Positions 8,283 through 17,330 of a stretch of 64,000 bases of DNA are shown here, piece by piece. The first letter of the stretch is position 1. Each line of letters opens with the position of its first letter. The position numbers were made by a program, and so were the translations under genes. This stretch comes from an uncultured Mycoplasmatota bacterium (GTDB taxonomy: Bacteria > Bacillota_I > Bacilli_A > RF39 > UBA660): positions 7,347 to 71,346 of the forward strand of contig CANAXT010000001.1 of NCBI GenBank assembly GCA_947365915.1, given 5' to 3'. The notes under the pieces are model-generated. The model was not told the origin of the DNA. It saw only the letters and a program-made list of their open reading frames with translations, and ran no database searches.

Positions 8283-8918
8283 CTATTTATTTTTTGTTGA
8301 AATAGATTGTCTTTTTTCTACTTGTTCTTTTATAAAGTCTAGCAAGTTTTTTCTTGGAACTTTTGTATATATAGCTTCTTCATATCCGTGATGCATTAAT
8401 ACTCTACATAGACTTAATGGATATTCTTTGATATAGTCTTCTATCTCCATGTTTAAGTATTTTGTTCCTGCTAAAGCTTTTATTAGTTCTCCTACTTTGA
8501 TTGAATAATCATTTGCAGGATTTTTACTTTGCATTACAGATATTTCAATTAGTTCTTCCATTATAGCTTCGTTTGCTTTTGTTTGGGCTGCTAGATCACA
8601 TATTTTGTACCCTTCTGGAGAAAGATATAGTATTACTGCATTATACCATTTTGAATTTACTGATTCCATAAAATAGTAGTCTGTATCTAGTCCTTGTGAC
8701 CGAAGTAACTCAAAAACCCAACTTGACATGGTAAAACATACACCAGAGTTTAATGCTTTTAGTAGTCTTGCGTTTTTGGCAATTACTTCATGAAATGTTT
8801 GTTCATCTAATGATTTATTTCCTAGAAACTGAACAATTCCATCCTCATTATTAAAGTGTATTTTACTTGCCATTTTTCTACAGCAATATAAAAATGTTTC
8901 ATATTGTTCTTCTGTCAT
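8283..8918 (-). CDS. hypothetical protein
   Basis: The ORF has good coding periodicity. RBS AAGGAGG is 7 nt before the MTEEQ start. Confidence 0.5.
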   Translation of the reverse strand: MTEEQYETFLYCCRKMASKIHFNNEDGIVQFLGNKSLDEQTFHEVIAKNARLLKALNSGVCFTMSSWVFELLRSQGLDTDYYFMESVNSKWYNAVILYLSPEGYKICDLAAQTKANEAIMEELIEISVMQSKNPANDYSIKVGELIKALAGTKYLNMEIEDYIKEYPLSLCRVLMHHGYEEAIYTKVPRKNLLDFIKEQVEKRQSISTKNK

Positions 8919-8934
8919 GATATGACCTCCTTTT

Positions 8935-10065
8935 TTATTCTGAATATTCACTTGTGATACCTAGGTATTCTTCCAATGTAATCCAGTTTCCTCCATTATA
9001 TAGTTTTTTGGATAAATCGCCAACATATCTTAGATGCCATGGTTCGTATTGGTATCCAGTAATATTTTCTTTTCCTTTTGGGTAACGGATAATAAATCCA
9101 TATTTATAAGCATTATTTTGAAGCCACTTTCCTTCCTTTGTTTCTCCAAAGCTGAATAATAAGCTATTGACATCGATGGCAAGTCCTGTTTGATGTTCTG
9201 AGTGTCCTGGTCTTGCGGAATAGGTGTCAGCTTCTGTTTTTCCGTCTCGTGCTACATAGTTGCTATAGAGTCTATTTTGGGTGTTATAGGAACGGAACCC
9301 ACTCACAATTTTTAGTTCAATTCCGTCTTCACTTGCTTTTTGTTTTAGTGTTTCAAAAGCTGATGTTAGTTCTGGTAGTAGTCCTGGTGCATAATTACTT
9401 GGTAAAGCATAGGTTTTATTAGCAATTAAAATGTTTCCAATATAATACATTCCATTTTTTACTTCAATAGAGTAACCTTTAGAAGTTTTTTTGGTTCCTT
9501 GATTTGGTTTTTCATTTTTTGGTTCTTCTATTTTTTTTGATATTTCTTTGACAATGAGTTTAAAAGATTCAGTTTTTTTATTTCCACTTTTGTCTTTTGC
9601 TTCATAGGTAAGATTGTATTCTCCCTTTTTGTGTACATCATACTCTCCAATTACATTGATTTCGATTTTGTCATGACTATTGTCTGTTACTTTAATTTCT
9701 TTTAATAAATCGATTTCTTCATTTTCATAGATTTCAAGATTTTTTACGTTTTCTATGGTTGGTTTTATGTTGTCTGTTACGGTTAAGTTTATTGGATACG
9801 TTTTCTTATTTACAGTAAAGTTTCCTTGATAGTTTCCTGTGTGATAAATATTTTCATTTTCTAGTTTTAAGTTTTTCCATGTTATTTTTGTCGTATTTGT
9901 TTTTTTTTCTAATTGATATTCTATTTTTGTTGGTACTTTTTCTCCTATTTTTAATTTGATTTCTTTTTGGTACGTTAATTCTTTTGGTTTTTTAAAAAAA
10001 AGTATTAGTGTAGTTACTACAATAATGAAGAAAAGTACTATTAAGATTTTTTGTTTCTTTTTCAT
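8935..10065 (-). CDS. membrane-anchored VanY-type D-alanyl-D-alanine carboxypeptidase (M15B) with an Ig-like spacer
   Basis: The C-terminus SGFRSY...SARPGHSEHQTGLAIDV...GFIIRYPKGKENITGYQYEPWHLRYVG carries the VanY/M15 Zn-ligand motifs. It has an N-terminal TM. The start was set at MKKKQKILIV, which has an RBS. Confidence 0.75.
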   Translation of the reverse strand: MKKKQKILIVLFFIIVVTTLILFFKKPKELTYQKEIKLKIGEKVPTKIEYQLEKKTNTTKITWKNLKLENENIYHTGNYQGNFTVNKKTYPINLTVTDNIKPTIENVKNLEIYENEEIDLLKEIKVTDNSHDKIEINVIGEYDVHKKGEYNLTYEAKDKSGNKKTESFKLIVKEISKKIEEPKNEKPNQGTKKTSKGYSIEVKNGMYYIGNILIANKTYALPSNYAPGLLPELTSAFETLKQKASEDGIELKIVSGFRSYNTQNRLYSNYVARDGKTEADTYSARPGHSEHQTGLAIDVNSLLFSFGETKEGKWLQNNAYKYGFIIRYPKGKENITGYQYEPWHLRYVGDLSKKLYNGGNWITLEEYLGITSEYSE

Positions 10066-10149
10066 TTTTTTCCTCTTTTCTACATTTATTATAACATGTT
10101 TTTTCAAAGAAAAATAATCATTTTCCATAATCATTTATTTTTTTAGATA

Positions 10150-10300
10150 TGATCGTCTTTTTACGACACTTTTCCCCTTATTTTGGACAAATTTAAACAA
10201 AAAAATCTTAATTCAATAAGAATTTTTTTATTTCAAACTAGTGCATGAGTAAACCACATTTAGGAATTCGTATTAAAGTTAATTTCTAAACTAATCATAA
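10150..10300. repeat. direct repeat copy 1 (about 80-150 bp): partial copy of the tRNA-Arg 3' flank plus the islet end sequence
   Basis: TTTGGACAAATTTAAACAAAAAAATCTTAATTCAATAAGAATTTTTTTATTTCAAACTAGTGCATGAGTAAACCAC... aligns to 12456-12600 and to 15214-15285. Confidence 0.8.
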
Positions 10301-10400
10301 CATTTGCAATCTTTATAATCAATAAAATTACAACAAAATAATAGTAGAATCGATAGAAATATTCTTCGGAAAATAATTGTAAAAATTTATTGATTATCAT
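10260..10400 (-). CDS. candidate small hydrophobic peptide (46 aa)
   Basis: MIINKFLQLFSEEYFYRFYYYFVVILLIIKIANVMISLEINFNTNS. A strong RBS AAAGGAG lies 7 nt upstream. The 3' end reads into repeat copy 1. It is not in the ORF track. Confidence 0.3.
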   Translation of the reverse strand: MIINKFLQLFSEEYFYRFYYYFVVILLIIKIANVMISLEINFNTNS

Positions 10401-10453
10401 TCTAGATCTCCTTTAAAAATTTTTATTTTATTTGGAAACATTAATAAAAATGA

Positions 10454-10882
10454 TCAAGTTATCGATTTAAAAGTATCTTTCGTTTTTCTAAAGTCTAAAA
10501 CTAAAAAACCATCATATTTTATTTTAATTAATTCATCATTCAATTCAAAAAAAGTTTCAACTTTATTATCTTTTAATTCTTTTATTTTAAGCATTATATT
10601 GCTTTCAATTTCTGTATCTAAAAATTTTTCTGTATCAAATACTTCAAAAAATACATCGTTTTCAAAAGGAATCTCATTATAATTCTTATTCAAAAAACAA
10701 TTTATATTATTATCTTTTTCAAATCCTGCATCTAAATTTATATAACCCTTTTCTTTATTATCAATATTAATAAATGTTAATTGAATATTGATATTATAGC
10801 CTTTAGTTCCATTTTTTGCATATGTTCCAACAAATATTTTTTGTTCAAGAACCTCAATATTTTTATTATCTATATACAACAT
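10454..10882 (-). CDS. hypothetical protein (islet A cargo)
   Basis: A 142-aa ORF that is extremely AT-rich. Confidence 0.4.
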   Translation of the reverse strand: MLYIDNKNIEVLEQKIFVGTYAKNGTKGYNINIQLTFINIDNKEKGYINLDAGFEKDNNINCFLNKNYNEIPFENDVFFEVFDTEKFLDTEIESNIMLKIKELKDNKVETFFELNDELIKIKYDGFLVLDFRKTKDTFKSIT

Positions 10883-11094
10883 AGATACTCCCCTCCTTTT
10901 ATATATTTCTATTACTTAGATACCATATCATTTATTATTAATCTTATTTAATAAAACTGGTGTTAGTATAGATATATAGACACAAAAAGCAAGCTAGCAG
11001 GTGTTATAGTACGTGAATATAGCATAAGTAATGCAGTTCTTTACAGATGGGTAAAAGAATATTTTTTTACTCATTTTTATCGCCTACTTAAAAT

Positions 11095-12183
11095 TTATCT
11101 ATCTATATATTTAACAAAGAAATCATCATCTTCAGAATAATGCATATCAATATCAATATTATTCATTTGAACAAATCCTTTATTTTTGTAAAATGTGTGT
11201 GCATTTTTCAATATTTGTCCACAAGCTAAATAAATCTTGTTTATTTTAGTATTAGATTTAATATACTCAATTAGATTCTCATATAATCTTGTTCCAACAC
11301 CAATATTTTGATACTTTTCATCAACATAAAAACGTTTTAATATACCATAATTATCATTTCTATTTTCTAGTGCTATAGTTCCTATAATTTGTTTCTTTTT
11401 TATATCAATGGCTAACCAAAAGTTTCCATTATTTTTTATATAATAATCATTTATTTTAGATATATCAGGTCTTACTTTGTATTTTCTACCTATAAATTTA
11501 TACATGCTTTCATTTATAAAATAACAAACTTCATCACTATATTTATCATCATAAGTGATAATTTTGACAAGCGCATTTTTATTAATATAGTCATAAATCT
11601 GTTGCCAATTATCAAAATTTTTGATTTTATTATTTAACTTCTTACTATTTCCAATGGTGAATGCTAAAATTCCTGAACTTGATACATTAGAGCAATTGCA
11701 TATGCTATCATCTATTAGTAAATCAATATCATTTTCCAAGCATACTCTTTTTTTATTTCTGGCATTAACTATTAATTTATCATAATATATATCATTTTTC
11801 TTTAACCAAACTTCACTTTGCATATAAGGATTATCGTGAAATTCACTATCTCTAGCAGTAATTATATATATTTCATTGCCTTCATCACGCAACTTTTTTA
11901 TTACTTCTACACAATGATTTCTAGGGGTAGCATTATTTGTTATTTTCTCCTGTATTGTACCTAAAAAATACTTCAATTCATTATAAGTGAAATGAAACAG
12001 TTTTTGATATACATTTCCATCATTGTATGCATCATTAATATTTAAATCTTCATTTTCTACATATTTGTTTAACGTTTTAGCATATTCAACTGCTGCATTC
12101 ATTAATTTGTCATTTATATCAGTTAAAGTGTTATCTATATCAATTCCTATTCTCAATTTAATCACTTCCCAATGCATAATCAT
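11095..12183 (-). CDS. fusion of a HAD-family 5'(3')-deoxyribonucleotidase-like domain and a GNAT acetyltransferase (islet A cargo)
   Basis: The N-terminal RIGIDIDNTLTD is the DxDxT HAD motif, and IYIITAR follows. The C-terminal RFYVDEKYQNIGVGTRLYENL is GNAT motif A. A more likely start is the TTG at 12156 (MRIGIDID...), which has RBS GGGAAGTGA. Confidence 0.6.
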   Translation of the reverse strand: MIMHWEVIKLRIGIDIDNTLTDINDKLMNAAVEYAKTLNKYVENEDLNINDAYNDGNVYQKLFHFTYNELKYFLGTIQEKITNNATPRNHCVEVIKKLRDEGNEIYIITARDSEFHDNPYMQSEVWLKKNDIYYDKLIVNARNKKRVCLENDIDLLIDDSICNCSNVSSSGILAFTIGNSKKLNNKIKNFDNWQQIYDYINKNALVKIITYDDKYSDEVCYFINESMYKFIGRKYKVRPDISKINDYYIKNNGNFWLAIDIKKKQIIGTIALENRNDNYGILKRFYVDEKYQNIGVGTRLYENLIEYIKSNTKINKIYLACGQILKNAHTFYKNKGFVQMNNIDIDMHYSEDDDFFVKYIDR

Positions 12184-12224
12184 TTATATCAATTATACCA
12201 AGAATCTCTAATAATCGATATAAA

Positions 12225-12600
12225 TGATACGCTATTACATTAAAAATGTTAAAAATAACTAGTATTCATTTATCATATAAAGACATTCAGATTTCAAAAT
12301 GAGAATGATTTTTTCAAAGTTAATCATTTATTTTTTGAGATAGGATAATTTTTTCGCGACACTTTTAGTAAAAAAAGCTATCCTAGCATACAAAATCATA
12401 AATGCTGAAAATTATCTATGCTTGAAAATAAATATATAGGCAACCGTCTTTTACCCTTTATTTTTGGCGAATTTAAGCAAAAAAAATTCTTAATTGAATA
12501 AGAATTTTTTTATTTCAAACTGGTGCATGAGTAAACCACGTTTGGGAATTCATATTAAGGTTAATTTCTACATTAATTATAACTATATAGTTTTTGTATA
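12225..12600. repeat. direct repeat copy 2 (about 375 bp), including the palindrome and the tRNA-flank copy
   Basis: It is about 90% identical to 15005-15285 over about 300 bp, and the last 60 bp match copy 1. Confidence 0.8.
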
Positions 12601-12799
12601 TTAAAAATGTCTCAGTTTTATTATTTTCTATTGATTTTAGCCATTCTTCATAGTAACAGCTATATTCTTCTATATCTCCCATACCTGAATATTGCCACTT
12701 AAGATTTTCATCGAATTTTTTAATTTCCTCTAAAAATTTTAAAAGTTCCTCCTTGTAAGATAAATCAGGTTTAATCAACTTAAAATCATTTCTTTTCAT
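12515..12799 (-). pseudogene. truncated gene remnant whose reading frame runs into repeat copy 2
   Basis: The N-terminal 75 aa are unique. The C-terminal INVEINLNMNSQTWFTHAPV is encoded by the repeat, which parallels the small ORF at copy 1. Confidence 0.35.
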
Positions 12800-13691
12800 T
12801 ATATTCCTTCTTAATATCGTTTAATGCAATTAATTGTAAATCTTTGCTATTTAAAAGTATGTTCCTATCTATTTCTAAACAATCTGCAACGTCAAACATT
12901 AGCCATGTGCTCATATATTTACTTGAATATAACATTTCTAAAAAGAGTTGCAATCCTTTTAATTTATCAATATTATGTTTTTCTTCTAGTGTTATTATAC
13001 AGCCCCTAACAAACAAATAAGAGCTTATATAAGAGAATCTAAACGAACAAGTTTTATTAGGTAGTAGTTCTGCTACCCCAAAGCTATTTTCTTCTTCCTC
13101 ATTTAGTAATTCTTCTACTGTCAATATTTGTTTTTCATCTAAATCAATTAAAGCTTGTGTATGATTTGTATATTGTTTTTGTAAATCTAGAATATAAAGT
13201 GGTATTGTTTCAGCAACTCCTTCTCCTAAAATTGTCGAATTTCTAAAAAAGTTGCTATGAAGTATATGAGATAATTCGTGTATTTCATTTTCAAAACAAG
13301 CAATGCTTTTTTTATTTTTTTCAAAATTCTCACACAAATTATCACTAATCCCAAAAGCAGAGGAAAAACCGTCTATATCAAAACAATTTACAGGTTTACC
13401 TCCACCATTTCCTTTGTTAAATTTATCTGGATATCCTAAAAGTTCTACATACTGATCAAATGGCACAATATATAAATAATAAATTGGCTTAGCATTAGAT
13501 GGATAATTTAAATTCAACTTATATAATAATTTATAACATTCATTTGTATATTCTAAATAATCATCGTAAAAACCTTTATCATATCTAATAGCTAATTCTT
13601 TACTTAATCTTACTTTGATATTTTCATTAAAAATTCTAAGTTCTGAATTTTTTATATATTCCCTTAAGTCATCTTTTTTTAATTCATTCAT
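12786..13691 (-). CDS. putative HExxH metallopeptidase-like protein (islet B cargo)
   Basis: It contains ENEIHELSHILHSNFFRNSTILGEGVAE (HExxH...E), which is similar to the motif of the core gene at 6857-7663. Confidence 0.4.
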   Translation of the reverse strand: MNELKKDDLREYIKNSELRIFNENIKVRLSKELAIRYDKGFYDDYLEYTNECYKLLYKLNLNYPSNAKPIYYLYIVPFDQYVELLGYPDKFNKGNGGGKPVNCFDIDGFSSAFGISDNLCENFEKNKKSIACFENEIHELSHILHSNFFRNSTILGEGVAETIPLYILDLQKQYTNHTQALIDLDEKQILTVEELLNEEEENSFGVAELLPNKTCSFRFSYISSYLFVRGCIITLEEKHNIDKLKGLQLFLEMLYSSKYMSTWLMFDVADCLEIDRNILLNSKDLQLIALNDIKKEYNEKK

Positions 13692-13713
13692 AAATTTCTA
13701 CCTTCTCTCATAA

Positions 13714-14595
13714 TTAATGAAATATTTTATTTAACAATCTATTAATTAATTCTTCTGATTCCATCTCATTAATGGCAAAACATTTTTTGCCTAAATCTTT
13801 AAATGATGAGCCACAGGAATATAATTTTTTTCTATCTATAATTATGAATCTATCATGAAATATATCAGTGTTTTTAAATTCTATATTAGAATACTGATTT
13901 TTGTATTTTTTCACCAAAATGTCATCAATATTTTTGGAAATAATGACTATTTTCTTATTTACATTTTTTAAAATCTTCAATAACTCTTTTCCAGCATAAT
14001 TATCAATAATAATTATTTCTTCTTTTGCAGTGTCAAATATATTTAATAAAAGCACATAAGCGTCAAATATTTGACCTTCAAAGAATATCGTATTAATTTT
14101 TTCTTTTTCTTGCATTTTATTAAATGTATTTTCTAGCTTTAATATTCTATTTTCGTGATTTAATAGCATTTCACTATTTACTAAACTGTTAGAAACATAC
14201 CTTCTTAATTTTACAAATGCATCAATGATTTGTACATTTACTTTAACTGCTATATCACTTTTAAGTAATCCAGATAACATCATTATTCCTTGTTCTGTTA
14301 AAACATAAGGTAAATATCTTACACCACCATGATTATTTTCACTTGAGATCGCAAATTGCGACCTCAAGTTATAAAATTCAGTCTCTGTTAATTGAAAGCA
14401 AAAAGTATCAGGAAATCTTTTAATATTTCTTTTAATAACCTCATTAATTCTTCTTGTTTCTACTTGATAAAGTTTAGCAACATCTGATGATAACATTACT
14501 TGAACCCCTCTTATTTCATATATCATTTTTTCTACATTATTATTAACATTAACAATATTATTATTTTCTTTTTCTTTAACTGTAATATTTGACAT
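13714..14595 (-). CDS. ORF6N/KilA-N-like DNA-binding domain protein (mobile-element associated)
   Basis: MIYEIRGVQVMLSSDVAKLYQVETRRINEVIKRNIKRFPDTFCFQLT...GGVRYLPYVLTEQGIMMLSGLLKSDIAV is an ORF6N domain. The C-terminal half is ORF6C-like. Confidence 0.65.
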   Translation of the reverse strand: MSNITVKEKENNNIVNVNNNVEKMIYEIRGVQVMLSSDVAKLYQVETRRINEVIKRNIKRFPDTFCFQLTETEFYNLRSQFAISSENNHGGVRYLPYVLTEQGIMMLSGLLKSDIAVKVNVQIIDAFVKLRRYVSNSLVNSEMLLNHENRILKLENTFNKMQEKEKINTIFFEGQIFDAYVLLLNIFDTAKEEIIIIDNYAGKELLKILKNVNKKIVIISKNIDDILVKKYKNQYSNIEFKNTDIFHDRFIIIDRKKLYSCGSSFKDLGKKCFAINEMESEELINRLLNKIFH

Positions 14596-15004
14596 TTAAA
14601 ACCTCCTTTCAAGCAATTTGTTTTAAGAAGCACCTAAAAAATATTTAATTTAGAGCAAAATTTCAAAATAAATCTTAAAGTATTTAGGCTCACACCTAAC
14701 TGTTTCTGTTTCTTAGGTACCTTGTTCATTCACTTTTCTATTCTTGATTCACCATCATACAAATTTTTTTATTTGTTCATATTCTTTCTTTTTATCTTCT
14801 AAGTAATAATTGTAAAGTAATCGGTTGCAATCAAATATTTTATGAATCAACTCTTTCCATTCTATGTTTAGAATAAATTCTAAATTTATGGGCTTTATGA
14901 ATTATCATTTTCATCACCTTTGTATAATCGATTATATCAAGAACAAATATTCACATCAATGCTTTTTTACAAATTTTTGTATGACTTTTCTATTCTATAA
15001 AAAT

Positions 15005-15280
15005 AACTAGTGTTCATTTATCATATAAAACAATTTAGATTGTAAAACGAGAGCGATTTTCTCAAAATCAATCATTTATTTTTTGAGATAGGATAGTTTT
15101 TTCGCGACATTTTCGCGACACTTTTAGTTAAAAAAACTATCCTAATATACAAAACCATAAGCATTGAAAATCATTTATGTTTGAAAAGAAATATATAGAC
15201 AACCGTCTTTTACCCTTTATTTTGGGCGAATTTAAGCAAAAAAAAATTCTTAATTTAATAAGAATTTTTTTATTTCAAAC

Positions 15281-15285
<5 letters not shown>
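15005..15285. repeat. direct repeat copy 3, the native 3' flank of tRNA-Arg
   Basis: It is homologous to copy 2 over about 280 bp. It contains the palindrome AGGATAGTTTTTT-CGCGACATTTTCGCGACA-CTTTTAGTTAAAAAAACTATCCT. Confidence 0.8.
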
Positions 15286-15357
<72 letters not shown>

Positions 15358-15401
15358 GATTTGTTCAAATGAACAAATAAATTATACATCAAATATTTTA
15401 A

Positions 15402-16376
15402 TTATTCAATAGTTTTTATTACACTTTTATAAATTTCTTCATGATCTACTGTAAATGAGACTTGACTGACATCGTAATTGTCTCCTACTGATAGGCAAAT
15501 GGTATAAATGACTTCCTCTAATATGTTTTTTTCGTCTACATCGTTAAATATATAAGAGTTAAATTCTAGATTTAATTCTGCTCCTGCGAGTTCTGAAGAT
15601 AATAATTTTACGTTTTGGTTTAAAAAGCTCATGAGATTGCTTTGATATATGGGAGCACTTGCTAGTTCATCAATAATAATATTGATTTTTTCCCGTTTGT
15701 CATTTAAATATTTTGTCACTGGAACATAGTATGTTTCGTCATGATATTCATTGATATAATAGATGGTTACTTGATTGATTTCTTTGTTACTTTTTATATC
15801 ATATTCTTTGTTGATTCCAAAGTTCCGATCTAATGTTGCAGGAAGCGTGATTTTTGATTTTGGAAGATAGTTTACAATGTCTCCTTCCATATAAATAATG
15901 ACTTGTTTCACTTCTGGAATACTTGTCACTGTATAAACAATGGCTTCGATGATTTTTTCTTCTTCTTTGGCTTTGACTTCTTCTAATAATTCTTTTGAAA
16001 AGTTTATTTTTAATAAGTTATCTTTATAGTCTAGACTGAGTATTTTTGTGTCACTTGGTATCACGGCTTTAAATCCATTTGGAATTTTGCTTTCGCCTGC
16101 TCCATCTTTGATTAATACTTCTAGGGTTTCTTTTATATTTTCTTCGATTGATTTTTTGGAAGAAGTTGCTACTTTGGTGCGCGCTAAAAAGTCGTTGTGA
16201 TCGTATAGATAAATGGTACTTGTTACTATTTCTTTATCTACATATTCTAGTTCTGTTGCTACTTTGTCTTTTAAGCTATAGATGTTTTCTTTTGGAATTA
16301 GATATATCAAGAAGAGGGCTGTCAAGGCCGCTGTTGATACTAAAAATTTTCGAATCGTGATTTTTTTTAACATGTC
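15402..16376 (-). CDS. gerM: GerM-like germination/sporulation protein (GerMN domain, membrane anchored)
   Basis: An N-terminal TM and two GerMN-like repeats. The start was moved to MLKKITIRKF, which has RBS GGTGGAG. Confidence 0.5.
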   Translation of the reverse strand, partial: DMLKKITIRKFLVSTAALTALFLIYLIPKENIYSLKDKVATELEYVDKEIVTSTIYLYDHNDFLARTKVATSSKKSIEENIKETLEVLIKDGAGESKIPNGFKAVIPSDTKILSLDYKDNLLKINFSKELLEEVKAKEEEKIIEAIVYTVTSIPEVKQVIIYMEGDIVNYLPKSKITLPATLDRNFGINKEYDIKSNKEINQVTIYYINEYHDETYYVPVTKYLNDKREKINIIIDELASAPIYQSNLMSFLNQNVKLLSSELAGAELNLEFNSYIFNDVDEKNILEEVIYTICLSVGDNYDVSQVSFTVDHEEIYKSVIKTIE

Positions 16377-16423
16377 TCCACCTCTACCTAATAGTATGAA
16401 AAAAATTGCAAAAGAATGCAATT

Positions 16424-16630
16424 TTATAATGAAATTTCACCAAGTTTTAATAATTCTACTACCGCTCCTGCGCGTCCTTTTACGCCTAGTTTTTGCATGA
16501 CATTGGAAACGTGATTCCGAACTGTTTTTTCGCTAATTCCTAATTTGGCGGCAATTTCTAATGTATCATAATTTTTAATTAGTAATTCAAATACTTCTTT
16601 TTCCCGTCTGGTTAAAATATTCTTTTTCAT
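16424..16630 (-). CDS. LuxR/GerE-family HTH transcriptional regulator
   Basis: REKEVFELL...LEIAAKLGISEKTVRNHVSNVMQKLGV is a LuxR-type HTH. It is 68 aa, like GerE. Confidence 0.75.
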   Translation of the reverse strand: MKKNILTRREKEVFELLIKNYDTLEIAAKLGISEKTVRNHVSNVMQKLGVKGRAGAVVELLKLGEISL

Positions 16631-16721
16631 CTTTCCCTCACTTTCTAAGTTGGGTGGTTTATATTATCTCATATTATTTTATGTTCCATTTTTATTTTGG
16701 TGCAAAAGAAAAACTCCAAAT

Positions 16722-17246
16722 TTATTTTTGGAATTTTACGGATATATATTTTTTTGTTTTGTATTCTTCTTGAACGCTTCTCATAATGTTATTGGCAAGT
16801 GTTGTATCATGTTTTTCACTTGTTGCAACAACCCGAATTTGATCGTTGTCAATTTTGACAAATGTTTCTAAGTTGAATTTTTCTTTTATTTTCTTTTCTA
16901 GTTTTTCTTCTTCTCCTCTTGTCATATTTAGGAGTTTTAGTTTTTCATAGGCTTCATTTTTTTGTTCTTTAGTTGATTCTACACTTGTTAATATGAGTTG
17001 TAAGTCTTCCATGTCTTGTTTCATTTGTTCGTCTGCTTCTACTCGAAGGGCTGTTAAAATTTCACTTTCTTCTACTTCTACAGATGCTTCATTTTCTTTT
17101 TTGGATGCATTTACTTTGGCTGTTTCTTCTACTTTTTTCTTTCCCCCTGTAATTAATAATTCTGAAGGCATTGTAATGTAATATACGCTAAGTACTAATA
17201 TTAAGCTAAACAATGTTAAAAACCACAAACTTTTTTTATTAATCAT
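16722..17246 (-). CDS. spoIIIAH: SpoIIIAH-like sporulation protein
   Basis: The N-terminus KKSLWFLTLFSLILVLSVYYITMP closely resembles the B. subtilis SpoIIIAH TM region. The C-terminal ...IRVVATSEKHDTTLANNIMRSVQEE...VKF is like the YscJ/FliF ring motif. Confidence 0.55.
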   Translation of the reverse strand: MINKKSLWFLTLFSLILVLSVYYITMPSELLITGGKKKVEETAKVNASKKENEASVEVEESEILTALRVEADEQMKQDMEDLQLILTSVESTKEQKNEAYEKLKLLNMTRGEEEKLEKKIKEKFNLETFVKIDNDQIRVVATSEKHDTTLANNIMRSVQEEYKTKKYISVKFQK

Positions 17247-17330
17247 TCTTGTTCCTCCTCTAGTAACTCTAGTTAACTATATGATTAAAATAGAAAAATA
17301 TTCAAAAAAAGAAAATGGTTTTTCCATTTT

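Noticed and set aside
14740-14930. Reading frame ...FIKPINLEFILNIEWKELIHKIFDCNRLLYNYYLEDKKKEYEQIKKFV between islet B and the tRNA flank
   Set aside because: It has no start codon and an in-frame stop just upstream. It is probably a decayed gene remnant.
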